A DNA stretch of 64,000 bases, from assembly GCA_963514005.1 (NCBI GenBank), contig OY740795.1, positions 1-64,000 on the forward strand. The letters run 5' to 3'. A model generated the notes under the pieces. The model searched no databases. It was not told where the DNA came from and saw nothing but the letters and a program-made list of their open reading frames with translations. Position numbers and translations under genes: made by a program. Position 1 is the first letter of the stretch; each line of letters starts with the position of its first letter. Source of the stretch: Raja brachyura. Lineage: Eukaryota. Below are positions 11,870 to 24,305 of the stretch, one piece after another.

Positions 11870-14800
11870 AAAACTTTAACAAAGAATACTTGGAGTTGAC
11901 TGGCGCATGTTATTTGAGGGATAGGAACATCAGTCAAGTGGGATGTTTTTAAAAGTGTGTGGACAAAAGCTCATGATATATACAAAGCATTTTAAAAGCA
12001 TACAAAAGCTCATGATATATACGTGCATTTTACAAAGTAGGACTAATGCACGTAAAGCTACTGACCCTGACGGCATCCCCGGGCGCGTGCTCAGGGTCTG
12101 TGCGGCGCAGCTGGCAGACGTCTGGACTGATATCTTCAACCTGTCACTTGCCCAGGCAGTTGTCCCCACGTGCCTTAAAACCACCTCCATCGTGCCAGTG
12201 CCAAAACACTCCACTGCGGTAAGCCTCAACGACTTCCGCCCAGTTGCACTTACCCCCATCATCACCAAGTGCTTCGAGAGGCTGGTCCTGGCACACCTCA
12301 AAAGCTGCCTACCCCCCACACTGGATCCCTATCAGTTTGCCTACCGCAAGAACAGGAGTAGGGAGGATGCCATCTCAACGGCACTTCACTCCGCCCTCTC
12401 CCACCTCGACAACAGAGACACTTACGTAAGAATGCTGTTCATCGATTACAGCTCAGCATTCAACACCATTATACCATCAAAATTGATCGCCAAACTCGGT
12501 AATCTGTGCATCGCTCCTTCCCTCTGCAACTGGATACTGGACTTTCTAACCAACAGACCCCAGTCTGTTAGGTTAGACAAGCACACCTCTTCAACCCTCA
12601 CCCTGAACACCGGCGTTCCACAGGGCTGTGTGCTGAGCCCCCTCCTCTACTCCCTCTTCACCTACGACTGCACACCTGTACATGGTACTAACACCATCAT
12701 CAAGTATGCAGATGATACAACGGTGATTGGCCTCATCAGCAACAACGATGAGTCGGCCTACAGGGAGGAGGTTCAGCACTTAGCAGCATGGTGCGCTGAC
12801 AACAACCTGGCCCTTAACTCCAAGAAGACCAAGGAGCTCATTGTAGACTTCAGGAAGTCCAGGGGCGGCACACACACACCCCCATCCACATTAACAGTAC
12901 GGAGGTGGAACGTGTTTCTAGCTTCAGGTTCCTGGGAGTCAACCTCTCCGACGACCTCTCTTGGACCCACAATACCTCAACTCTGATCAAGAAGGCTCAC
13001 CAGCGTCTCTTCTTCCTGAGGAGACTGAAGAAGGTCCATCTGTCTCCTCAGATCCTGGTGAACTTCTACCGCTGCACCATCGAGAGCATCCTTACCAACT
13101 GCATCACAGTTTGGTATGGCAACTGCTCTGTCTCCGACCGGAAGGCATTGCAGAGGGTGGTGAAAATTGCCCAACGCATCACCGGTTCCTCGCTCCCCTC
13201 CATTGAGTCTGTCCAAAGCAAGCGTTGTCTGCGGAGGGCGCTCAGCATCGCCAAGGACCTCTCTCATCCCAACCATGGACTGTTTACCCTCCTACCATCC
13301 GGGAGGCGCTACAGGTCTCTCCGTTGCCGAAGCAGCAGGTCCAGGAACAGCTTCTTTCCGGCGGCTGTCACGCTACTCAACAACGTACCTCGGCGACTGC
13401 CAATCACCCCCCCCCCCGGACACTTATTGTTATTTATTCAAATCATTTGCTGTGTCGCTCTTCCAGGGAGATGCTAAATGCATTTCGTTGTCTCTGTACC
13501 GTACACTGACAATGACAATTAAAATTGAATCTGAATCTGAATCTGAATATACGTCCCCGTTAGAGTGAAGGGTAAATCAGGAAAACGTAAGGAAGCATGG
13601 CTGATGAGGGAAATGTAGGCGTTGGTCAAGAACAATAATGATGCATGGCACAGGTATAGGCAGCAGTGATCAAGTGGGCCCATGAAGGACTTTCGGGAAC
13701 TAAGGATCAAACTGAAAAAAGAGATCAGTGGGGCAGAAATGGGCCAGCAGATATCTCTGGTGCGAAGTATTAAGGAAAATACCAAACTATTTTATAAACA
13801 CATACGGGGGGGGGGGGGGGGGGGGAGCTGTAACTAGAGAGAGAGTGGGACCTCTCAGAAATCAAAGCGGTGATCTCTGTGTGGAGCCACAGGATATGGA
13901 CAAAGTCCTCATGAGTATTTCCCCTCTGAATTTACTGAGGAGAAGTACAATAGGCGGAAGAACTTGGGGGCAGTCAATGGAAGTGTCTTGAGAGCAGTCA
14001 CTGTTACCGTCGAAGCGGTACTGAAGGTACTGCTTTGTATGAAGCTAGCCAAATCTCCAGGGCCTGATCAGACATATCCGTGGAAATTGCAGGAAACTAG
14101 AGCGGAAATTGAGGGAGCCCCGGTTGAAATTGACGAGTCATCCTTAAATACAAGAGAGGTGCCGGAAGACTGGAGGGTGGGAAATGTTGTGGTTCTTTTC
14201 AAGAAGGGCTGAAGGGGAAATGATCCGAGCTATAGGCCGGTGAGCTGAACGTCTGTAGTTGGAAATTTACGACGGAGAATTCTGATGGATAAGTTATATA
14301 GGCATTTGGATGCGTAAGGGCTGAGTAGGGATAGTTAACATGGTTTGTAAGTGGGAGGTCGTGTCTCACACATTTGATTGATGTTTTGAAGACGTTGACC
14401 AAAAAGGTAGACGAGGGTAGTGCTGTCGATGTTGTGTACATGGAATTCAGTAAAGCATTGGACAAGGGTCCCCATAATAGGCTGCTCTGAAAGGTTACAT
14501 CTAAGAAGAGCTAACTGAATGGACAATAAATTGGCTCTGTGGAAAGAAGCAGAGGGTGATGGTGGATGATTGCTTCTCGGACTGGAAGACTGTGATTAAT
14601 GGTGTGCCTGAAGGTTCGGTGCTGGGCCATTTACTGTTTGTTATCTCCATCAATGATTTGGATGAGAACATACAGGGAAATATTAGCAAGTTTGCCAATG
14701 ATACAAAAATGAGTTGTTTTGCAGATAGTGAAGATGGTTGAGAAATATTGCAGCAGCATCTGGATCAATTGGCCAGGTGGGCGGAGGAAAGGTTGATGGA

Positions 14801-15513
14801 ATTTAATAGAGAGATGTGTTGCATTTTGAGACGTCGAACATGAACATGACCTACACAGTAAATTGTGGGCCTCTGGGTAGTGTGTTAGAGCAGTGGGATC
14901 AAGGAGGACAAGTACATGGTTCCTTGAAGGTCAAGTGGCATGTAGATAAGGTGGTCAAGAAGAATTGTGGCACTTTAGCCTACATCAGTCAGAGTATTGA
15001 GTATGGAAGGTCGTAGGTCATGTTGCAGTTGTGTAAGACGTTGGTGATAACTTATTTAGAATATCGTGTTCAGATCTGGGCACCATGTTATAGCAAAGAT
15101 ATTGTCAAGCTTGAAACGATTCAGAAAAGATTTACGAGGATGTTGCCAAGACGAGAGGGTGCGAGCTATAGGGAGAGATTAAGCAGGCTAGGTCCCTATT
15201 CCATGGATATCAGGAGGATGAGAATAATCTCATTGATATTTACAAAATTATGACACCAATAAATCGGGTATATATGCAGAGTATCTCGCCAGACTGTGGG
15301 AATCGAGGACCCGAGGACAAAGGAGCAAGGTGAAGGGGAAAATAATTTCACACAGAGGGTGGTGGGTGTTTGGAACAAGCTACCAGAGGAGATAGTTGAG
15401 GTTGGGTCTACCCCATCATTAATAAAAAGTTGGACAGGTATATGGATAGGACAGACTTAAAGGGATATGAACCAAGCGGTGGCAAGTGGGACTAGTTTAG
15501 TTTGGGCATTGTT
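11870..15513 (+). mobile_element. CR1 LINE, degenerate, interrupted by a Rex1 insertion
   Basis: CR1 ORF2 motifs (KSPGPD, VPEDWRVGNVV, GVPEGSVLG, SKFANDTK) at 13550-15500. Colinear with 21635-23790. Confidence 0.88.
12025..13546 (+). mobile_element. Rex1/Babar-clade non-LTR retrotransposon, 5'-truncated and young
   Basis: RT ORF 11943-12986 ([37 protein letters not shown]) continues in 12905-13477 after one frameshift. (TGAATC)n tail; 8-bp TSD atatacgt at 12017-12024 and 13547-13554. Confidence 0.9.
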
Positions 15514-17239
15514 GCTTAATATTATGGCATTCTGCTTAATATTATGATAATTACTACCATCACTCAGGTGTAGTGAAACCCAAATAACCCAGCAAATTCT
15601 AGCTATCTGAAATAAAAGTAACGTATTGGAAGCACTCGACAGGAACCGGTCGCGCCATTTGGAAGACTAACATTTGAGGAAGAACACCTTCGTCAGAACT
15701 GGGAATATGACAAAACATTGTAAAGCTGCGGAGACGGAGTAGGGGGGTGGTGGCTGTGCCTTGGGTTTTACCCAATCAGTGACACACCGTTTGTAACACG
15801 CCCCAGCCTTGTCTGCTTTTCTGATACCTGTCACTGAATGATCGATTTGAGATTGGTAATAGCTGGGTACAATTAGTTGATATTGGTTGACCACTTGAAT
15901 CATTCCAGCCTTCTCCTTATTAATATCAGCGTCATCGCCCATGCGCCTTGATGGCGAGGGACAGTGCCCCCTTGCGGTTTATACTTCAGTAAGTAAAACA
16001 TATCACGTAATTTCACTCTGCAGCAAGTGTCGGTGTGGTTATTGGCGAAGCTGCCGTCATCACCGCCCCCACAACTTTCTTTGAACTAAATCACAAAGTG
16101 CTGGAGGGACTTCGTTGGTCATGCAGCATCTGTGGAAGGCATGGACATATTACTTTCATGGCCTGGACCGTTCTTCAGACCCTATCGTTTCTCTCCCCAG
16201 ATGATGTTTAGTCTGCTGATTTCCTCCAGCATTTTCAATTTTGGGCAAGATTCCGGAATCTGCAGTTTCTTATATCTTTACTCTTCTAGCCACCTTGCAG
16301 GTCAAGGAGCGTATTTATCCTTTCCTTTCCAGTTTGTACGGAGCACCTTTGACGTGAAAGTTTAACGTTGCCTTTCAGCACACCGATGCGGACATACCTG
16401 CTACGTATTTCCATCATTTTCTGTTTTACTATGATAGGGTACCGCTCATTGACGTAGGGATGGGAAAACATGTTAATTAAACTAAGGTTATATTACTGAG
16501 AAATTATGATTCATTCAACGGGTGGCAATGGCTTGCGAGGCAAAGTGGCTTTCTGCTATCATCCGTGCATGCACAAATGATTGTGTGTACGCGCACACAG
16601 ATATTGAGTAATTATATACGTTTGTGGGGACATGTTCAGCGATCGTGGAGTTCATTATCGACAGTCTCCTGGCGTCCGTTATTTAATGCGCTCTCAGACT
16701 CGCTTCAAATTTAACCCGCGGAAATCTGGCTGATCTTCAATTCAAGATATGTTTAACGGTTGGATCAGAGAGACATGTTTCCGTTTGCTGCATCTGTCAC
16801 TCTGCAGTCCAAAACAATTGCTGGCCGAGTAGAAACACAGATTTCCCAAAACCACTTGCCTACAGTTCCAACAAGTATCCATGGCAGCAAGCACTTGAAG
16901 TGGGTAAGGCGGTTCACAGCCACTGCAGAGGAAGGAAGTGACGGCGGAGCGGATTGGCGCTGGTGTCAACTGTCGGAAATATTTAGGTGCAGCTGGTGAT
17001 TGTGTGCGAGAGCTTGGAGACGGAAGTTGTGGATTCACAAGAATAGTTGAAGAAACATAGAAACATAGAAACATAGAAACATGGAAAATACATGCAGAAG
17101 GAGGCCATTCGGCACTTCGAGCCAGCACAGCCATTCATTGTGATCCAATTAATTGTGATCCAGTTGTGACCCAATTGTAGCAAACAGGCGACTGACAAAT
17201 GGCAGATGGGGGAGGGGGAAGTTAAATAACCTGCAGCAC

Positions 17240-17545
17240 ATTGGGGCGGCGGTCGAGTTCCTGCCCTAGATCGCTCAAACCTCCAGCGACCAGGGTTCGA
17301 TTCCGACAACAGGTGTTGCCTGTAGGAAGTTTATAAGTCGTCCCCGTGACAGCGTGCGTCTTTTCCGAGAAAGACGGCTTTCTTCCACATTCCATATGTG
17401 ACGTATAGGTTCGTATGTTAATAGGCATGGTATGAATTTAAATTTGTCCTTAGTCTGTGTAGGAAAATGTTAGTGTGCGAGGGTCCAAGGTCATCGCGGA
17501 CACGGTGGGCCAAAATACCTTTTCCGCGCTCTATCTCTAAACTAA
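17240..17545 (+). mobile_element. tRNA-derived SINE, degenerate
   Basis: gggttcgattccgac B-box and tatctctaaactaaa tail. Confidence 0.6.
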
Positions 17546-17984
17546 AAAATAACCCGAGCTAACAGCAAGAGTAGCGCCCGATGTCGCTCATCTCTACATA
17601 ACATGTATATCCCCACGATTACATGCAGCGCAGATAGACGTTGGCTGTGTTTCTACTCGGCCAGCAACGCAATGTGTTGGTACAGAAACCGAGACATCAT
17701 TATATCTCCCGTCTTCACGTATGTTTCGACATCGAGGCCTAATAGTGTCCGACTGAAGGATTTAAGAGTGCCATAAAGCATCGCTGCTCGTATACATTCC
17801 TATCGAATGGCAGCTGCTGCTCTGTCACGACCCTGGTTCTCCGAGGTTGTTCCAGATTTAAGAATACCGTCGATCACGAGAACTGCGAACATTTATTCTC
17901 CAAACATACCATCAAATGTGTTGGGAGATTTATCATCGCAACTGTCTATCTCTGGAACAATTGCAGCAGCCGTCCCGTTAACGG

Positions 17985-18178
17985 AAACATAGAAACATAG
18001 AACATAGAAACATGGAAAAATAGGTGCAGGAGTAGGCCATTCGGCCCTTCGAGCCTGCACCGCCATTCAATGTGATCATGGATGATCATCCAACTCAGTA
18101 TCCCGTACCTGCCTTCTCTCCATACCTGATCCCTATAGCCACAAGTGCCACATCTAACTCCCCCTTAAATATAGCCAC
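17985..18178 (-). mobile_element. CR1 3' end with (AGAAACAT)n tail
   Basis: aaacatagaaacatag...ggtgcaggagtaggccattcggcccttcgagcc. Confidence 0.75.
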
Positions 18179-18670
18179 GTCCTGACTTCGATCCAATGCA
18201 GCCGACGGCTACTCACGCATTTGCCCACAGAATAATTAACTGTCCACTGGCATCCTTCAAATGCAGTGGAAAGTTCAACACCTTGTCCGCACGGGCCCTG
18301 CATGATTGGCACAAACGATCTCCAAAGGAAATATGGCGGCTGCAGAGAAAGTGCTGGTTAACTAAAAGTGCAAGGATCGCAGCAACGCAGACTGGGAAGT
18401 CGGAAATAAATCCTTGGCTTACGCGAGGTCCACTCAAGAGTCTTATAATTGCATGTAAGAAGCTGTTCTTGAATCTAGTACTTTTGATTATTTGTTTCTT
18501 CTGTTGGAGAGGAGGAGGGAGGAGAGAAAATATCCAACGTATGAGGAAAGCCTTGATTGTGTCAGGTATTCTCCAGCTGCTGATGCCTCCTTGTAGATTT
18601 TCCTCTATCAGAGTGTTTCCACACATATGTCGTTTGCGTGAGAAGTGGATGACAATAAAGCCACCGTTTT

Positions 18671-18697
18671 ATTGGTGCTCTGCAGGAAGTGACGTCA
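18671..18697 (+). promoter_or_regulatory. V-gene promoter module: inverted CCAAT plus Ets/CRE (GGAAGTGACGTCA)
   Basis: ATTGGTGCTCTGCAGGAAGTGACGTCA about 100 bp upstream of the leader ATG at 18793. Confidence 0.72.
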
Positions 18698-18792
18698 GGT
18701 TAGCTCCCACCAGTGCTCTCAATTCTGCCTGACGGACGCGCTGAAGGTATTCAGGAGAGACAGCAAAGTTAGTGCCGCCACGGGAATCGAAG

Positions 18793-20291
18793 ATGCGCCT
18801 CATGGTACATACTGTCATGTGGGCGACATGCATTATCATTAAGAAAATTCATTTTAGTAAACAGTGGCGTTTTTGCAGAAAAATGGCGTCGTTCAACTTC
18901 TGTGGCTCATTTGTTGGACCAGACTAACGATCTAACACGTATTCTGTGTCTCTAGTAAGACAAATAAGTTTAAGAAACAGTTCAACCAGCAGTGCAATTA
19001 ACATTGGGAGAATTGCAGCTCCGTAGCATTGAAATTTCGTGTTCAAAATGTATCATGGGTGATTAAGCCGCATTTCATGCATTGTGTTCTGTTTGGGCAG
19101 AATGCTATGGGAAGGGTGTAATTCTGCTGGAATGCGTGTACAGATGGTTTACGCATTCTCTGAAAGCGTGTATGGATGGTTTCCAACGATATTACCCGGG
19201 TTCGGTCGCTTGAGATATATGGAGCGGTTGGACAGCGTGGGACTTTATTCCTTGAAGCGCATAGATGAACTTATGGAGGTGCATGAAATTATAAGGAAAA
19301 TAGATAGGATGAATGCACCGTTTTCCTTCACCAAGAGAAAGGGTTTCGATAGGATTTACATCTAGAGGATATAGATCTAAGCGGTATAATTTTCAAATAA
19401 TCTGAGGGGCATTTTATCACTCAAAGGGTGGTCACTTATTGAACTTGAGCTGCCGGGTAGTTGAGGCAAGTTCTATAATCGGCATCTGATAGACACTTGG
19501 ACAGGTACATAGAGAGGGGAAGACATAAAGAGATGCCCGCCTATCGCGGTAACTGGGGCTAACGCAGATGGGGCATCTTGGTAGTCCATGATGAGTTGGG
19601 TCGAAAGGTCTGTTTCATGTCGACCTCTTTCAAGGACTCTTTTATGTCTATTTGATTCCATGGACGCCGGTAAATCATGCAGGAAGGGACAGAATATTGT
19701 TTATTAAGGAAAGATGTAACGGCTCCACACACGGGACAATTGAGCTACATATTATAAATAAATCAAACAGATTCCAGAATAGAACACGAGGGGAGAGTGC
19801 TATGTGATCGACGGCGGTGGACTCAGACGAAAGGCGAAGTGAGCGTCACGATAAATTAGAACGTTTGTGAGATATGTAAGAACTGCCTATCTGCCGTAAA
19901 TACAATTATTGTTGTAACATATTCGTTCCGGTCTTTTGAGTTAAGTTTTGAAAATCTAAGTCAAATAAACGCTCCGCTCAACGCGTTCCAGGTCGGGTTG
20001 ATGCTGATTCCGTGACCCAAGAGAAGACCTCTCTTACACATACAGAGGGGGAAAACGCCATTTTAACCTGCACCTATGCCAAGGATGGTTACTACTTGAA
20101 CTGGTACCGCCAGTACCCCGACGGTCACCCGGAGTTTCTGGTCGGGAGATATACTGACGGAAGTAGTGAAGAAAAGGCGGATTTCGCTCGTGAGCGGTTT
20201 TCTGACGAAGTTCAGCAGTCAACGAAAACATATCAGATGACTATTTCGAAGCTACGGCTGTCTGACATGGCGATATATTACTGTGCAGTCA
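18793..20291 (+). CDS. TRAV: TCR alpha/delta-type V gene: intact V exon (19992-20291); leader 18793-18838 has a TT donor
   Basis: V exon RVDADSVTQ..LTCTY..WYRQYP..DMAIYYCAVT. Leader MRLMVHTVMWATCII-A is followed by TTAAG instead of GTAAG. Confidence 0.85.
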
Positions 20292-20330
20292 CACAGTGTT
20301 GGGAACTGTGTGCAGACTCGTACAATAACT
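20292..20330 (+). promoter_or_regulatory. Recombination signal sequence, 23-bp spacer
   Basis: CACAGTG + 23 nt + ACAATAACT. Confidence 0.93.
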
Positions 20331-20559
20331 GCTGCAGGTTTCTGAGGCACATCTGCTGCAGATGTTCAGCTATGTAGATCATTGTGGCGCAGGCAGTGGC
20401 GCCGGAAACCATTTGCTGCAAGCGGCAACGGCACTGCGTCCACAGGATATCTCCACTCCGTCAAATGATTGCACTAACAGCACACTTTAACATGTGTACC
20501 ACGAAATTCCACGACTCAATTGCAAAAAGCAACGTTATACGCAGTTGTTGATTTAACAG

Positions 20560-21300
20560 AGCGGCGCTGCTTTCGAAATACCTCACGCCCATTGAGACTT
20601 TAAGAGAGTTCCCACTCCCCTCACCCCACTCACCATCAACAGCACCGCAGTCATATATGTGAAGTATTTTAAGTCCCTGTGAACCATCATCTCCAACGAC
20701 TTTAAATGGGGCTACCATCGACTCCACAGCCAAAAATACACAGCACAGGATGTACTTCCTGCGGCAGCAGACGAAGCACAATCTGCCATAGGCAATGATG
20801 GTCCAATTCTATACGGCCATCGTAGAGTCTGTCTTCGCCTTCTCCATCATGGTCTGGTTTGTATCAGCCGCCAAGCACGACATCCGGAAGCCGCAGGGAA
20901 TCGTCCGAGCAGCTGAGAACCGTCCCTCCATTGGCAGTAACCGTCCCTCCATTTATGAACTGCACACTGCAAGGGCAGTGGAACGAGCGGGTGAGATCAT
21001 ATCTGACCCCTCTCACCCTGTCCACAACCTCTTGGAATCACCTCTCTATGGAAGGCGACTCCAGACTTTCAAAGCTGCCACAACAAGACATAAAAACAGC
21101 TGTTTTCTACGAGTAGCAGCTCACCTCAATAACCAAAACTCCTTAGGCTCCTTTTGCTCAGGTATTTCATTTAATTAACATGTTTAATCAATAATGTTAT
21201 ATTATTAATGTATAATGTTTAATGTGTCATTCCTAACTGTCACTATATGTCGTTGTCACTTGCGGGCGGAGAACCAAGGCAAATCCCTTTTATGAATAAT
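20560..21300 (+). mobile_element. Rex1-like LINE 3' fragment
   Basis: FYTAIVESV..IMVWF..DPSHP..GRRL..KNSCF aligns with the C-terminal ORF of the Rex1 at 12905-13477. Confidence 0.75.
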
Positions 21301-21634
21301 TAATTCATACATAATGAAGATTTTATATTTTTATTTAAACAGAGCTATGGCAAACAAATTAAATATATTTATGAACAACCTCCTTGTCCTGTCACCTTTG
21401 CTACCCGATTGCTAACGCCTCTTGAATAGATGGCCATTTCCAAACCCAGTTAATGTGGGTGTTCGTATAATTTGTACAAGAGTAGAGTGCCGAAGTCAAG
21501 AGGTGAGAGATAATGGTGGAAAGGGAAATTTTGTAAAATACATCGGAGGGCACCTTTGCAAACAGCGGGCCATTGGTTCACGGAACCAGCTCACACTGGT
21601 TGCTGGGCGAACTAGAGCAACTACAACCTTTAAA

Positions 21635-23790
21635 AAACGTTAGCAAAGAATACTTGGAGTTGACTGGCGCATGTTATTTGAGGGATAGGAACATCAGCCA
21701 AGTGGGGTGTTCTTAAAAGTGTGCGGACAAAAGCTCATGATATATACGCCCCCGTTAGAGTGAACGGTAAATCAGGCAAACGTAAGGAAGCTTGGCTGAT
21801 GAGGGAGATGTAGGTGTTGGTCAAGAACAACAAGAATGCATGGCACAGGTATAGGAAGCAGTGATCGAGTGGGCCCACGAAGGACTTTCGGGAACAAAGG
21901 AGCAAACTGAAAGAAAAAAGATCAGTAGGGCAGAAATGGGCCAGGAAATAGCTCTGGTGGGAAGCATTAATGACAATACCAAAATATTTTATAAAAACAT
22001 ACGGGGGGGAATTGTAACTAGAGAGAGAGTGGGGTCTCTCATAAATCAAAGCGGTGATCTCTGTGTGGTGCCTGTGAGGATATGGACAAAGTCCTCAAAG
22101 AGTATTTCCCCTCTGAATTTACTGAGGAGAAATACGTTAGGCGGAGGAACTTGGGGTCCGTCAATGGAAGTGCCTTGAGAGCAATCAGTGTTACCGTCGA
22201 AGCAGTACTGAAGGTACTGCCGTTTATGAAGCTAGCCAAATCTCCAGGGCGTGATTAGATATATCCGTGGAAATTGCAGGAAACTAGAGCGTAAATTGAG
22301 GGAGCCCTGCTTGAAATTGACGAGTCATCCTTAAATACAGGAGAGGTGCCGGAAGACTGGAGGGTGGGAAATGTTATGGCTCTTTTCAAGAAGGGCTGGA
22401 GGGGAAATGCTCCGAACTATAGGCCGGTGAGCTGAACATCTGTAGTTGGAAAGTTACGAGGGAGTATTCTGATGGATATGTTATATAGGCATTGGGTAAA
22501 GGCTGAGCAGGGATAGTTAACATGGTTTGTTCGTGGGAGGTCGTATATCACACATTTGATTGATGTTTTAAAGACGTGACCAAAAAGGAAGACGAGGGTA
22601 GTGCTGTCGATGTTGTGTGCATGAAATTCAGCAAAGCATTGGACAAAGGTCCGCATAATAGGCTGCTCTGAAAGGTTACATCTGAGAAGAACTAACTGAA
22701 TAGACAATAAATTGGCTCCATGGAAAGAAGCAGAGGGTGATGGTGGATAATTGCTTATCGGATTGGAAGACGTTGATTAATGGTGTGCTTGGGGGTTCGG
22801 TGATGGGCCCCTTACTGTTTGCCATCTACATCAATGATTTGGATGAGAACATACAGGGAAATATTAGCAAGTTTGCCAATGATACAAAAGTGAGTGGTTT
22901 TGCAGATAGTGAAGATGGTTGTGAAATATTGCAGAGGCATCTGGATCAATTGGCCAGGTGGGCGGAGGAAAGGTTGATGGGATTTAATACAGAGAAGTGT
23001 GAAGTGATGCATTTTGAGACGTCCAACAGGGACAGGACCTACACAGTAAATTGTAGGCATCTTGGTAGTGTGGTAGAATAGTGGGATCAAGGAGGACAAG
23101 TACATGGTTCCTTGAAGGTCAAGTGGCATGTAGATAAGGTGGTCAAGAAGACATGTGGCACTTTAGCATATATCAGTCAGAGTATTGAGTATGGAAGTTG
23201 GGAGGTCATGTTGCAGTTGTATAAGCCGTTGGTGAAACCGCATTTAGAATTTCGTGTTCAGTTCTGGGCACCATGTTATAGCAAAGATATTGTCAAGCTT
23301 GAAACGATACCGAAAAAAATTACGAGGATGTTGCCAAGGCGACAAGGTGCGAGCTATAGGGAGAGGTTGAGCTGGCTAGGTCCCTATTCCATGGAGAGCA
23401 GGAGGATGAGAATAATCTTATTGACGTGTACAAAATGATGACAAGAATAAATCGGGTAGATGTACAGAGTATCTCGTCGAGACCTGGGGAATCGAGGACC
23501 AGAGGACATAGGACCAAGGTGAAGGGGAAAATATTTAATAGGAATCCGAGGGGTTGCTTTTTCACACATGGGAGGTGGTTGCAGGGAACAAGCTGCCATA
23601 GGAGATAGTTGCGGTTGGGACTACCCCATCGTTTAAGAAAGAGTTGGACAGGTACATGGATAGGACAGGATGGAAAGGATGGGGCCAAGCGGTGGCAAGT
23701 GGGACCAGTTGAGCAGTTGCATTGTTGGCCGGTGTGGGCAAGCTGTGACGAAGGGCCTGTTTCCACTCTATGTCACTCTATGACATTATG
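21635..23790 (+). mobile_element. CR1 LINE, degenerate; paralogue of 11870-15513
   Basis: GPLLFAIYINDLD, SKFANDTK and LQLYKPLVKPHLE motifs; (ctctatg) tail. Confidence 0.88.
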
Positions 23791-24305
23791 ACGGTGACTT
23801 GATCGTAATTGATGCGTTGGGCCGGCGGTCCCGTTTCCGTGTTGCTCGCTTTTATGACGTTTTATACCTTATATACCTTATATTTTATTTACATTGCATC
23901 TAAGCGTCGACATCCTTTCAACGCGGGGCTTGAATTCTCGTAGAATTAGGTGTATACAATTGCATTAATTAATCGTAAACATTGAGTCAAGGAAAGGGCG
24001 TTCACGTCGCGTCCCTGTTTTCACCAATCTTTCCACCACCACGCACAAGAAGCTCAAGACAGACACCATTGTATGCGGATGCCGAGAAGTGTGTTCAGCC
24101 CTGGCTGTAAAATTTCTAATCTTGTAATGTGTACTCGATAGGACGGAGTTCGTAGAAATGAATGTTTCGTCTTCAACCGGAATATTAAAAGAAGTAATGA
24201 CGATGATGCAATCTAATTGCTCCTCAGAGGATGGTATAAGACATAAATATCCGTGTGCCCGTGTTTATTTTAGCGGATGCAGCTCCGCAATCGAAATCAG
24301 GGAAA

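Noticed and set aside
17640-17930. CWYRNRD as a V-like fragment
   Set aside because: No second Cys motif or RSS could be found.
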